Assembly: GCF_026210795.1 (NCBI RefSeq)
Contig: NC_089432.1
Span: forward strand, 1,178,001 to 1,242,000
DNA length: 64,000 bases
Reading direction: 5' to 3'
Origin: Rhizophagus irregularis
Lineage: Eukaryota
Shown: positions 52,638-64,000 of the stretch, one piece after another
Layout of the letters: each line of letters starts with the position of its first letter
Numbering within the stretch: position 1 is the stretch's first letter
The notes under the pieces: generated by a model
What the model was told of the DNA's origin: nothing
Databases searched by the model: none
The model's input: only the letters and a program-made list of their open reading frames with translations
Program-made: the position numbers and the translations under genes

Positions 52638-53399
52638 ATGCCTAAAACAATTTCAAAGAAAAAAGATTACAACCGTAATTTTATTAATCCTGATATCAAT
52701 ATTGATAATTCAAAAATTAATACTGAAATTGATATTAACGAAAATAATATTAGCAATATTCTCAGTTACATTAGGCCATCCTTCCCTCCAATTATAAAGA
52801 TTGATGATCTTATCAAAAATGCTAAAACGAATAATAAACGAAAATCAATCCCGAACGCTTTTATCGTTTATAGAATGGCATTGATTAAGGAATATCGTAT
52901 TAAAAATCGTAAATTACCTCCTATGGCCGAACTTTCTAAAATTGCTAAAAACTCATGGGATTTGGAAACTAAAGAAGTAAAGGATTATTATGAAGAATTC
53001 GTTAAAGAAGCGAAATCCATTTACAATAAAAGTAACGTGCAAATTGTGATGGATAAGCATGTGAGCGATAGCAGGAATTGTATTAAAAACGAACAAGCTT
53101 TAAATCAAACAGTATCGAATATCATGGAAGTCATGGACGACGTCATGGTTTATGAGGCAGATGATTGTATAACTTATAGTACAGAGCAAATCAATAATAT
53201 CCAAGATACTATTGTTCTTCCAATTGAGGATACATTTTACATGGATAATTCATATTTTCAGATTCAGAATTTTGCTATAAATGCTGAATATTATTCTCAA
53301 TTTAATAACATGGTCTTCCCTGATATCATCAGTATTGATCCGTGTCAAGATTATATTTCAATGACGGAGCAAGTAATTGATTATATGCTTGGAAATTAG
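52638..53399 (+). CDS. MATA-HMG box transcription factor, 253 aa
   Basis: RPSFPP..PNAFIVYRM..LPPMAELSKIAKNSWDLETKEVKDYYEEFVKEAK is an HMG box of the fungal MATA_HMG type; intronless. Confidence 0.9.
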   Translation: MPKTISKKKDYNRNFINPDINIDNSKINTEIDINENNISNILSYIRPSFPPIIKIDDLIKNAKTNNKRKSIPNAFIVYRMALIKEYRIKNRKLPPMAELSKIAKNSWDLETKEVKDYYEEFVKEAKSIYNKSNVQIVMDKHVSDSRNCIKNEQALNQTVSNIMEVMDDVMVYEADDCITYSTEQINNIQDTIVLPIEDTFYMDNSYFQIQNFAINAEYYSQFNNMVFPDIISIDPCQDYISMTEQVIDYMLGN

Positions 53400-54414
53400 A
53401 TAGATTAGATTAAGCTAAAAAAATCAAAAAAAAAATAAAATTTATAAATATATTATTTATGATTAAGATTTTAAGATTTTTAAGATATTTTAAGATTTCT
53501 AAGATTTAATTATTATAATTTATGATTCATATATGCTATCATTTGATATATTTGATATGATTAACTTCGAGCGTTAAGTTTAAACAATTTTTTATGAACT
53601 TACTTTTAATTACTTTTCGGGTTGTAATTCTTTTTTATGAGGCTTTATTTTTTTTAATACGATATTATGTTTACCATTTATTGCTTGTTGTTGTCTAAAA
53701 AAAACAAAAAAAATATATATATATATATTCTAGTCTAATAATTAAAGATTTTTTCCTTTTATATAGTACATATTGCTTGTTTAATAAAAATTAATAAAAA
53801 ATATCATCGAATTTTTTCCGATTTACCTTTTCACGACAACGATATTTCCGAATGAATATTTTATTTAAATGTCATTTTTTTTTTCGACACGATATTATCC
53901 TGAAGACATACACCCCAGAAGATGATATCTGTCAGGTCATTCATTTTTCGAGAAAAATGAGAATTGAATTGGTGTGGTCTTATGTCTTTTATAAAATCAA
54001 GGATTCTGATAACCCCTAGTTCTCGGAAAAAATTGCATCTAATTTAGGCCAGAATTATAAATTTTGGCCAGAATTACAAATAAAATTACAAATCACATGA
54101 CATTTATATTGCTACTTATTAACTCTGGCCGAAATTATGATAAATTCTGGTCATATTTTTGATAAAGTTGTTTTCCTGTTAACGTATATTTTACTTTTTA
54201 TTATAGTACAGATTTTTTTTTCAGTTAATTATATGACTAATTATAAGTAATAAATTTTATTGTTCATCCTTTTTATCTTATTTTCCATTTTCTGCAAATT
54301 TCATACTAATAATATAAGGTACTTGTTGTTTTAAAAAATATTAGTGTTCTTTCGCGCGTGTCATAATGACATATTAGTTCAATCACTTTATTAAAATTTT
54401 AAATAGATAAAGGC

Positions 54415-54640
54415 AATCATGTTCATTATACGTAATATACAAAACTTATCATGTTCATTATACATATAAATAGACTATACATATAAATAGACTATACATA
54501 TAAATAGACAAAGAAAATCATGTTCATTATATAATTAAATATACAAAACTTCACGTTCATTATACATATAAATAGATCAAGGCAATCATGTTCATTATAC
54601 ATATGAATAGACAATGGTAATCATGTTCACTATTCATACA
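54415..54640. repeat. Degenerate tandem repeat ATCATGTTCATTATACATATAAATAGAC
   Basis: Several imperfect copies read directly. Confidence 0.75.
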
Positions 54641-55910
54641 CGAATTATTACGGTAAAATGATTTTTCATTAAATAATATAATATCTTCGTTGATACAGTT
54701 GATATGGTTGATATCCCTTAAATAGTAATTCATGGTCAATATCGAATAGAATCATTAAAGTTATTAAAATGAAAATAATGAAATTATCACTAAATTTGTT
54801 AAAATTATCATTATTATATCATCAATAATAAGTAACAAATTGTTGGGGAAGGGGTACGATCTTCCGGGTAAAGGATAATTTATGAGGAAATTCGCGATGT
54901 CGATTATAAAATCAGGATATAAGAAGTAACTTCATAAGACTTGTACGACAAAGTAATAATTATTTCACAGGACATTGCGCAACCATGAAAATCCACAGTT
55001 ATTCAGTAAAATAACTTATTTATATCACGATTCCGACGATAAAACTTTTTAATATACTTTTTTTAAACTATTAATAATAGACTTATTATTCTAATATTGA
55101 TGGACTTCTTCCAATATTGATAGGCTTTTTACCTATCTTTTTTAAAAAAAACATAATCCGTGAGAAATTGAAAATATTAGGAACCGTGGAATAAATATAA
55201 ATATATCCCATTATAAAAATAATAAAAAATCTTTTATTACGAATATAAATATTTTAGTAGTTGGTTTCGGAGGATTCGAAAGAATATTTCGTGCAAATTT
55301 TGAAAAATTCTGAAAAATATTTAACATTAAAATGCTATAGAAATCGTTTTGAGAGGTACTATTTTTTTTAAATATATAAATTTTATGAATTTTTTTTTAT
55401 TCTTATATTCAAATTTTTTTTTCTTAATTTAAAAATTTAAATAATAACATTATTAGATTCCCTTGGAATTATTATTATTATTATTATTATTGGTAAAAAT
55501 CCAGAAATGAGAAAAAGTATTTATCAGTAACGAAATATATATTTAATGAAAATTTTAATAATTTTTCATAATTTTAGGTTGGAGGATGAATCTGTTATTA
55601 CGTATTCATGATAAGATTGTACATCGTGATCTTGTATCCAAATAATCGTCCAACTGTGAAACAGGTAGTTTGTAAAATTAAAGGAAATCATAGGAGTAGT
55701 AACCCAATCATCAAGTGAATTACAAATTAATTATTCACAACAATATATTATTATTTCCACAAGTTTCCTATGATCTCATTTTGTAAAACATTATCTATAT
55801 TCCAGAATATGTTTTATACAAATGAGTTAAAAGGAACAATGGAATTAGATGAATCACAAGTTGATTCTTCAATCTTTATATGATGATTCTCCTGTAGATA
55901 GAGATTCTCC

Positions 55911-56024
55911 CCCTATAAAAAAAAATTCTGGAAAAAACTCCGATAAATGATCATTTTTCTAAGTTTTCACTCTGAAGAAACTCGGACACGTGATCATTTT
56001 TCTGAAAAATTTGTTAGTATAGGG
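55911..56024. mobile_element. CCCTA-family mini-MITE, TSD TCC
   Basis: CCCTATAAAA...TATAGGG with TCC on both sides; homologous to 46663-46768. Confidence 0.85.
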
Positions 56025-56087
56025 TCCTATAAATAGAGATTCTCTTACGAATGGTAATTTTCAAGATAAGAATAACGGTGATCATAA

Positions 56088-56276
56088 CTCTATAAAAAAT
56101 TTTATCCGTTATTTTTGTAAAAACTCCGTAAAATGAGCCTTTCACGGTGACCATTCACGGAAAATGTAAATAATTCGATAAATTCCGTGATATTAAGGTT
56201 ATTAATTCCGGAAATATGAGCCTTTTACGGAAAAAAAGATGGAACATAAAAAAACGGATCGACTTTTCCTATAGGA
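56088..56276. mobile_element. CCCTA-family MITE with decayed ends, TSD TAA
   Basis: CTCTATAAAAAA...CCTATAGGA with TAA on both sides; internal CCGT/ACGG repeats. Confidence 0.6.
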
Positions 56277-57320
56277 TAATAATTCATTATTACATGAAGA
56301 TTTATCTCTGAGAATGATACAATTTTGATATAATGAATGCGGAAGAATTAATTAAAACATTTACAAGTGACAATACCTAATGATATTTCAATACAAGTTT
56401 TATCGTTATTTTTATTTTTATTTCACAAAGTGAACAAGATTACAGTACAAATTACAAAGAAATTTAATAACTAAAATCAAAAGTAAGCTCTAACAACTGA
56501 TAACCAAACCGTGGTAAAAATGAAAAAGAACGGAGATGCTTTAAGAGTACCGCCGGATGATATTTCAATACAAGATAATCCGTCATAATCAAATAAGGAT
56601 CCTGATATAAAAGAATTAGCCGAACATGTAATGATAGAATCAAATGAACAGAAGTGTGAATTTAATAAGATTTACCTCAAACGAAAGAAGATGTTGATAA
56701 GTTAGGATCAAAAAAGAAAAAGAGGAAAAAAAACCTATTATAAGCATTGTAAATTTTTTTATTATTCAAATGACAAAAATGAAGAAAAAGTTTGGAATGA
56801 ATAAATTATTATCACTACGTTAGTTGCTAAATAATATATTATTAGATAATACAAATTTATTACAATTCAAAAAATTTTATAATTGGCTTTTAAGTAATCA
56901 AATACTTTAAAGAATATATTTTTTTTTATTCAGGAATTGAAACAGACGAAGACAGTGAGAAAGCATTAAATTTATTGTGATTGCTTCGAAACAAAATTAT
57001 ACGTTAGCAAAATATCATGATAAATTGGCATTTAAATACTTTGAAACAGTAACAAATGAAGACTGTTGTAGGACAATTGAAAGTTGGTTGTTGTTATACA
57101 AAAGGAGCAGGCATCGAAAAGGATAAAAAAAATGGCTGTTCATTGGTATAACAAAGCTCATGTGAAAAGATCCATGAATATTTAGAAAATAACTACACTA
57201 TTTAAGTATCTACATACATAATCCTTAAAATATATTAGAAACATAAAATTCTATTTATTAGATTCATAATTAGGGATACAAATTACTCTGCATTTTAGCA
57301 ACCAATCGCATGTTTAGACA

Positions 57321-57480
57321 TAGCCCGAGCAATAGTAAATAAATAAATAAATAGAGATTTACTATTAGCTCTACGCGTCTTTTCAGGGCCAGAATTACAT
57401 AATGCCGCCTGGCATTATCAAAAAAGGAATGATCTACAAGTTTGAGACCATTCTCAAACTCTGTATTGATACCTTTTTAT
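57321..57480 (+). mobile_element. Degenerate copy of the 31584-31774 MITE
   Basis: CCCGAGCAATA..AGCTCTACGC.TCT.TTCAGGGCC..AATGATCTACA..CCATTCT..AAACTCT.TATTG.TACCTTTT is colinear with the intact copy. Confidence 0.75.
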
Positions 57481-58546
57481 CAAGATGATAATTGAAATAT
57501 TATCACTTCATACAATAATTTACTTATCGCTGTTTTCAGAATTGTGCTACCCTTGCAAATTACTTAATAAAATAAAATTACCAGATTACAGGACTATTAC
57601 CAGACAAAAATCTGGACAATATGTCCTGTAATCATTATAATTACAACGTACATGGAATTCTGAAAACTGCAATAATAAAATGAATTACCAAGTTACAGAA
57701 CGATTACTGGACAAAACCGGACAATTTGTCCTATAATCGACCTGTAATTATAATCACTCAGAATTCTGAAAACTGCAATTATTCGTGATCCATGAATCAA
57801 CAGCAGAAAGTGTATGCGTCAAATGAAAGTAAAAAATTATGCGAAAAAATTATTTTAAAAATAAACTATTGGATAAATATTATGTATTAAATATTTAGCG
57901 TTGAACGGGTTCTCATAAGAACATTATATATTATTATAGTATGATTCATCATTTAACAATTCAAATATTCAACATTATTAAAGTTTCAATATTTTGCTTT
58001 CAAGTTTCATTTAAGTGATGAAAATTGGGTATCAGGAAAAAATTACCAATTATCGACATAAATTTGCACCGAAATCATGTATGAATCTTTTGCAGTTGAT
58101 TCACAAATAATCGAATTAAATTATTTACGTGTAAATAATTTAACAACGGCCGAATCGTGAATCCGAATATATTCGAAACTAATGTATTCATTAATTTAAG
58201 AAAGCGTTAACAGTCTTATGTGTGTTGTGACTTACCATTCATGTCATAATTTATAATACTTAATTAATACTGACATTATTCAACATCTACGTTTATTCAA
58301 CATAATTTTAATATACTTGGATTCATTTTTAATGATCAAGAAATTTAAAGGTTAATTTCGATATTCTTTGATTAATATTTTTATTGATGATCATGTGTTG
58401 TGATTTTTCCGTGGGTTGTACAAAAAATTTAATAAAAACTGGATAGTATTGATTGATAGAAAATAAGATATTTAGAAAAATACAAATTCATCCTTACTAT
58501 GGTTATGGTAACAATATTAAAATAATAAGAATCCAGTTGCAACTTT

Positions 58547-58708
58547 ATTGTCCGGAGCGAAGCGAAGGGTCTACGCATTATGAAAAATGGTCGATCACGT
58601 GAGTTTCTCTGCTCTGTCCATCATGTGACGTCATCCAATGTAATCGCAAATCTGAGTTTTATCTTTTTTTTTTCGCACCAGACTCTACAACGGTTTCCGT
58701 TTCCTAGT
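58547..58708 (+). mobile_element. Short Helitron/Helentron-like element, second copy
   Basis: 5' ATTGTCCGGAGCGAAGCGAA; 3' AACGGTTTCCGTTTCCTAG-T. Confidence 0.55.
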
Positions 58709-61177
58709 TTATATTGTGAAAACTGAAAAAATAATTTTATGAAAATTACGTACATTTTGTTAAAAAAAAAAATTAAAATTTGTTAAAAAATTAAAGACTT
58801 TTAGCCTGAATGGTCTTAAATGAAACTATAAATTAAAGTAAACATATTAAGTAATTTGTAAAGGTGGAACAATTCTGAACATAACGATAATTCTGTCCAT
58901 AGTACCAAGTTGAAATTAGCCAGATCTGAATCCGGGTTCTATGACCTAAAACTTTTTTAAATACCGCATATTAAAAGTACTTTGTTGGCGAGATTTCTTT
59001 CATTAGTAAGAATGTATACTATTTTCATGATTTTATCATGCACGGAATTAGCCAAGCATCTAAAAGTATCGAAACTCTAATAATAATCTTATGAAAGAAA
59101 GACAATCTAAACCAAAACCGATTCCAAACTAAATTTATTTGAAGATCATTCTAACCATTTTTAAAAATGGAGCCGAGTTGGCTTAATCAAATCGGATCAT
59201 CACTAAAAATGTTCTAGACTGAATTTCTTTAATAGCCAATCAAAAAATGTTTTAATTGATCGTGTTCCTACCAACATCCCGTGGACTTTTCAGCCAGAGT
59301 TATGCCATTAACTTGGCGTTACGGAGTTATAAACGTAATAAATAATGGGCGAACAAACGGATTTACGTGCTGAAAAATTCGTTCCCAGAGTACTTCGTAT
59401 AAAGGGAAAAAAAGGGCGTTACACAGTTAATAAAATATTTTTATAGTGAAATTATGGGAAGATGTATAAATGTAACTTGATGCTCCTAGTATTAATCTAA
59501 CTGAAGAGGAAGTGGAATGATACTGAGCGTTAATAAAAGAATATGGATTAAAAAATTTAAATTTGTAAATCGACTAGACAAATTAAATTATTAGATTCAC
59601 TATTGAATATAATCGTTTAGTTAAAAGCCCCGAATACGCCACAATTTTAAAAGGCCACTTCCGTAAAAACATGTTTTATAAATCCGTATTTATATTGAAC
59701 TACACATTGACATTTTTCTGTACATATTAAAATTACATTTACGTACACCAAACTTTTGAAAAATTCAGTTTCGGTATAAGGAACTTTAAATTATATAACG
59801 TACAATAATAATAAAGAAAAAAAAACTAATTATTTTTTCTCTTCTTTTTCTTACTCAATTCCGAAATTGTTAATTTTGTTGTTGCAAAGCAACTTGAATT
59901 TTTCTTTATTCGTTTATTCGCCAAAACAATATAAATTAATTTTGTATGAGTATTTTCGATATGAATTTTAGCACGTCAAATATTATTATCATCTTTTGTG
60001 CTTGAATATCTTTCTATGACATAAATTTATAAAGTTTGATTTGCATTTCTAACTAATGGATCTAATCGAGTCAACTTTACATAATCTGAAAATTTGATAA
60101 GTTCTTTCGTGTGTATTACTGCGCCAATCACATGATATTTAGTGAAATTCGATCGGAGTAATCGAACTTTTTTACCGAGCAAAGTCAATTATTTACAATC
60201 AAATCCCAAGAACTAAGCCATATGCACGAAATTTTAGTCATATTGAAAGTTATTCATTTAATTTTAACATTTTCCTTTGAATATGATCCATTCTAGTCGG
60301 TCTAAAACGCCTAATTGTAACGTTTGACGAAACGTTGCATTATTATAATTGACCGCAGTTCTATCTTGGTTTATATATTCAACAATTTTAGTTACACTCA
60401 ATACTTTGAAAAAAAAAAAAATATTATTTTATGAATTCATAATCACAAGCTGGAAACTTCCTACGTATAATGAATATACGAAATTTATCATTGTGATTTA
60501 CAAATTCAAAATCAAAAGAACTTCTTACGGATCATAAATGGTTTTTCTTAAAAGGAAATTAAATGAATCAAATTTAGGATAGTGGTTTCCTTTTAAATTA
60601 AATATAATGAATATAAGCAAGCGCATGTTTCAGAAGAGAGGAGTTCGGACACATCAATACAATGTACGATAAAATTCCAAGATTTATTTATTGTTTGACC
60701 TGCAACGATTGTTAACATCAGATTCTGTATTTTCTGTATCCGATTACGAATATTAACCAAATATAGTAAATTATTTTAGGAATAAAATGATAAATTACGT
60801 ATGTAAATGCTTTGGATGACGAAGGTAACAATTATATAAAGTAATCACGTGAACGATGACATAAGTTGCAGAAATAGAACGATAAGAATGAAAGTTATAT
60901 GCATGCAAATTCGGACAGCCATTATGCTACTTTTCGGTAGTATATGATAGAATTTTTTTCATTCCTTAATTGTCTTAATTGTCCTAATTACTTATGGTCG
61001 AAAATTAGAATTATAGTCCCTATGACACAACATCATACAGCAAAATGATTTTAATATAATCACATCTATAAACTTATCTATCCTTATATTATGGATATCG
61101 ACCGATTATAAAATGGGCTTGATTTCCTACATTAGAGTTTTTTATTTTAGAAAATTTTCAAATCTTATAATTTTAAT

Positions 61178-61846
61178 ATGCCTAAAACTACATTAAAGAA
61201 ACAAAAAAATTGCAAGCAATTTACACCCATTCATTATGTCGATATAAACAATTCTAAGTTAAATAACCAACCTATTATTAATGAAAATAACTCCAAAAAT
61301 AATATATTCACTATTCTCAAACCAAAATTCCCACCAATCGTAACGGTAAAAGATCTAATCAAAAACAATAATACGAAAAATAAGCCAAAATTGTTTCCAA
61401 ACGCTTTTATCGCATATAGAATGGCGTTAATGAAAGAATATCATAATAATAACTGTAAATTACCTCCTATGAGCGAAATATCTAAAATCGCTAAAAATTC
61501 TTGGAATATGGAACCTAAACACGTAAAGAAATCTTATGAATCACTTGTTAAGAATGCGAAATCAACTTATATGAAAAATAATATTCAAATTGTATTGGAT
61601 AAACATATGAATTATACGGAAAATAATCGAGAAAATACTGTTATCTATGACACAGTTGAGAGCGTTAATAATGTCGCTAGTACTGAGAATTCTTCTCATA
61701 ATAATGATTTTAATTCTCCTTGTATCAATTTTACTGACATTTCCCAAGTTAATTCCTTTACAAATTATGACACCTCATATGAAATTAGTGATCGAGAGTA
61801 TATTAAAGTGTTGGAACAAATAATTGGTCGTTTACTTGGAATTTAA
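61178..61846 (+). CDS. MATA-HMG box transcription factor, 222 aa (paralog of 52638-53399)
   Basis: KPKFPP..PNAFIAYRM..LPPMSEISKIAKNSWNMEPKHVKKSYESLVKNAK; intronless. Confidence 0.9.
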   Translation: MPKTTLKKQKNCKQFTPIHYVDINNSKLNNQPIINENNSKNNIFTILKPKFPPIVTVKDLIKNNNTKNKPKLFPNAFIAYRMALMKEYHNNNCKLPPMSEISKIAKNSWNMEPKHVKKSYESLVKNAKSTYMKNNIQIVLDKHMNYTENNRENTVIYDTVESVNNVASTENSSHNNDFNSPCINFTDISQVNSFTNYDTSYEISDREYIKVLEQIIGRLLGI

Positions 61847-63055
61847 TCGTTTCGTAGACATCGGAAAATCTGAAAGGACTTCTTTATATTCGTTTACGTA
61901 CAACTTTATTTATTTTACATTTCGATTTAACTAAATATGTCGATATGATATTATTATTTCTAAATTAGGAATCCCTTATAAAACTTCTATTTTCGCATTT
62001 TCCCGACCACAAAATATTATCGTTTTACACAAACAATTAAACTTTATTCTTTTCTATGATATCATAATGTAATACTTGCATAAAGAGTTTTAAATTTAGT
62101 TTCATGTTACAAATATGCTTTTTTTTTGTCGTAGAATTTTCTATTATCTTATTTTCGTTTCTAGATACGCAGCAAAAATAATTTCAAAATTTTATGATTT
62201 TAGTTTCTTGATTTTATAATAAAATGAAAACCCCTGCATTTATGATATATATACAGTATATACAGTATATATAAATATCTTTAATTAGTATTAATTCGAA
62301 AGCATTTTTGCTTTCAAATTTTCAGTTATTAAACCAAATGCATTAATGTATTTGATACATAGAATTTGAATATAGAATTAAGTTGATCTTTAAAATTCTA
62401 TTATATAAAGTAAATAGGCAAATGAGATAATTTTTTTTTTCTAAGGCTGTTATTCAATTTAATAAGTAAATCACTATATAATACCGACATACATATATGA
62501 TTAGGCAAAAAAAAAAACTAGTTCCATTCGGGCAGACAGATTACTTTAATCATTTATTCATAGTTCCGCATTTGTCATAATCCAAAAAAAGAATAATCTA
62601 CACGTTCTATATTGTTCCATTTCTATCGATCGCCAACGCCCATTTCTATTCTGAAATGTTAGCATTTTTTTATGAAACATCAAAAAATTTTTAATGATAC
62701 GATTATTTATTAAGTTAAGTTTCGTTTTGTGAAAGTTACAACACGGCGCTTGTATTTGTGAAACAAACAAAAATATTCCCCAAAGTTATTATTATTCTGA
62801 AAATAGAATTTTTTCTTTGAAACAAAAAAACTTTTTCGTACTAATAAAATGACTCCATTGATTCATTACGTTGATTGCACGATTTCTTATTAAATTTGAA
62901 AGTTAATTAAATCACATTATGTTCATACTTTAATTTAAAGTATGTCAAAAAAAAAAAAAAAAAAAAAAAATTAATTAATAAAATAAAAATTATCGACTTC
63001 AATTTTTTATGAACGGTCAAATTCGCGTTCAAGAAAATGCTTTTTCAAGCAAATT

Positions 63056-63149
63056 GGGTCGCATTTCACCGACCATTATCTCACCGCAGTAAACGTCTGT
63101 CGGTGAAATTACTTCGGTGAAATGATTGTCGGTGAAATGAGCCAGACCC
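63056..63149. mobile_element. Small MITE with CGGTGAAAT repeats
   Basis: GGGTCGCATTTCACCGAC vs (reverse complement) GGGTCTGGCTCATTTCACCGAC. A related fragment lies at about 29315-29342. No TSD seen. Confidence 0.5.
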
Positions 63150-63596
63150 TAATTTATAACACATGATATTGACAAACAAGTTTAAAGCATATGGTATTAG
63201 CAAAAAACAGTATGATTTATAATCTAAATACCGTCGCCCAGAATTTATTGCCTTTTTAGGTATTGACTAGCATTATCATTATTCCGGCCCTGGAAAATAC
63301 GTGTTGATAATTAAACATTTGTTTGTTAATCGTTGCCGGCATTTAAAGTTTTGATCTCACGAAAACAACTGTTTGATATTTCTTGATCATTTCAGTACAT
63401 TATGTTTTTATTTGCGTAAGAAAAATAAAGCATCTGCGTAACAGCTAATATTTATTTTCACGTGAAGAGAAGTTACGTAGACTACATTCAATAACATTTA
63501 ATTATCACAGGATAAATGATAAAAAATAAAGTATATCATCACGCTTTTTTCTATTTCTTTCCTTCAATCTCTTTTACACTAGTTATTCTTCAGTTA

Positions 63597-64000
63597 TTAA
63601 TATTCTGAAATTTTTACTCTTTTACTTCCTCGGCTAGATAATCCTCGGCTAGATGATCCTCGGCTAGATAATCCTCGGCTAGATGATCCTCGGCTAGATG
63701 ATCCTCGGCTAGATGATCCTCGGCTAGATGATGAAGCTGAAGTATCATAAATATTACTTGAAGGATTAAAATTTTTTGAGTTAATTTTGTGATTTGAAGT
63801 GAATTCATATTCCAAATTATCGATAAACACTTTCAATGTGTTAAAGACCTTAGAATTAAATCTGACTTCATCATGCTTGTCCCAAACATGTTCCCTCATA
63901 GATAAAAGACATTTTTGATACTGATAGAGTTGTAACTTTGGTAATTTGGCAATCATATAGGTTAAAAAGACAAATTCTACTGGAGATAGTTTATGATTAC
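63597..64000 (-). CDS. 3' end of a paralog of the DUF262 gene (5' part outside the window)
   Basis: NHKLSPVEFVFLTYMIAKLPKLQLYQYQKCLLSMREHVWDKHDEVRFNSKVFNTLK aligns with DHKLSPVEFIFLTYIIAKLPKLPIFQYQSCLLNMKKYVWDRHDEVRLNSKVFNTLK of the 2617-3981 protein. Confidence 0.85.
   Translation of the reverse strand, partial: NHKLSPVEFVFLTYMIAKLPKLQLYQYQKCLLSMREHVWDKHDEVRFNSKVFNTLKVFIDNLEYEFTSNHKINSKNFNPSSNIYDTSASSSSRGSSSRGSSSRGSSSRGLSSRGSSSRGLSSRGSKRVKISEY

Larger units (their letters stand above)
55200..57190 (+). pseudogene. Heavily decayed kinase-SEL1 gene
   Basis: Remnants in order: Gly-loop-like GFGGF..IFRAN..NSEKYLTLK (about 55260-55335), IVHRDL (about 55616-55633) and SEL1-like GCCY.KGAGIEKDKK..AVHWYNKA (about 57085-57160). 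Many stops and frameshifts plus two MITE insertions. Confidence 0.6.

Noticed and set aside
52638..61846. Mating-type locus
   Set aside because: No homeodomain pair or Mucorales-type flanking genes (TPT, RNA helicase) were seen, and HMG genes are numerous in these fungi.
1..64000. tRNA, rRNA or snRNA genes
   Set aside because: No cloverleaf/T-loop or rRNA signature was recognised by eye; small ncRNAs cannot be excluded without covariance searches.

Overview
This is very AT-rich, intron-containing eukaryotic DNA. The gene-family mix (TKL-type kinases with a Cys-rich N-terminus, SEL1 repeats, BTB-BACK-TLDc, MATA-HMG) points to an arbuscular mycorrhizal fungus (Glomeromycotina, Rhizophagus-like); this is inference from content only. 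Genes: (1) a 4-exon DUF262/GmrSD_N (ParB/Srx-fold) gene at 2617-3981 that the ORF track only partly shows, with a convergently oriented paralog entering at the right edge; (2) a SEL1-repeat gene; (3) one intact and one pseudogenised BTB-TLDc gene; (4) two recently duplicated 6-exon kinases; (5) a disrupted kinase with four tandem N-terminal modules; (6) a decayed kinase-SEL1 gene; (7) two MATA-HMG genes. Between the duplicated kinases (about 15.5-31 kb) is a nest of mobile DNA: a long inverted repeat, a 60-bp double-hairpin satellite, a 5.2-kb insert with a 2-bp TSD carrying a Plavaka-like remnant, a MULE with a 9-bp TSD, a TGT..ACA element with a 4-bp TSD, and arrays of repeated intron-like units. 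Six CCCTA..TAGGG elements with 3-bp TSDs are scattered through the window. No rRNA, tRNA or CRISPR array was recognised. All alignments and splice models were made by eye.
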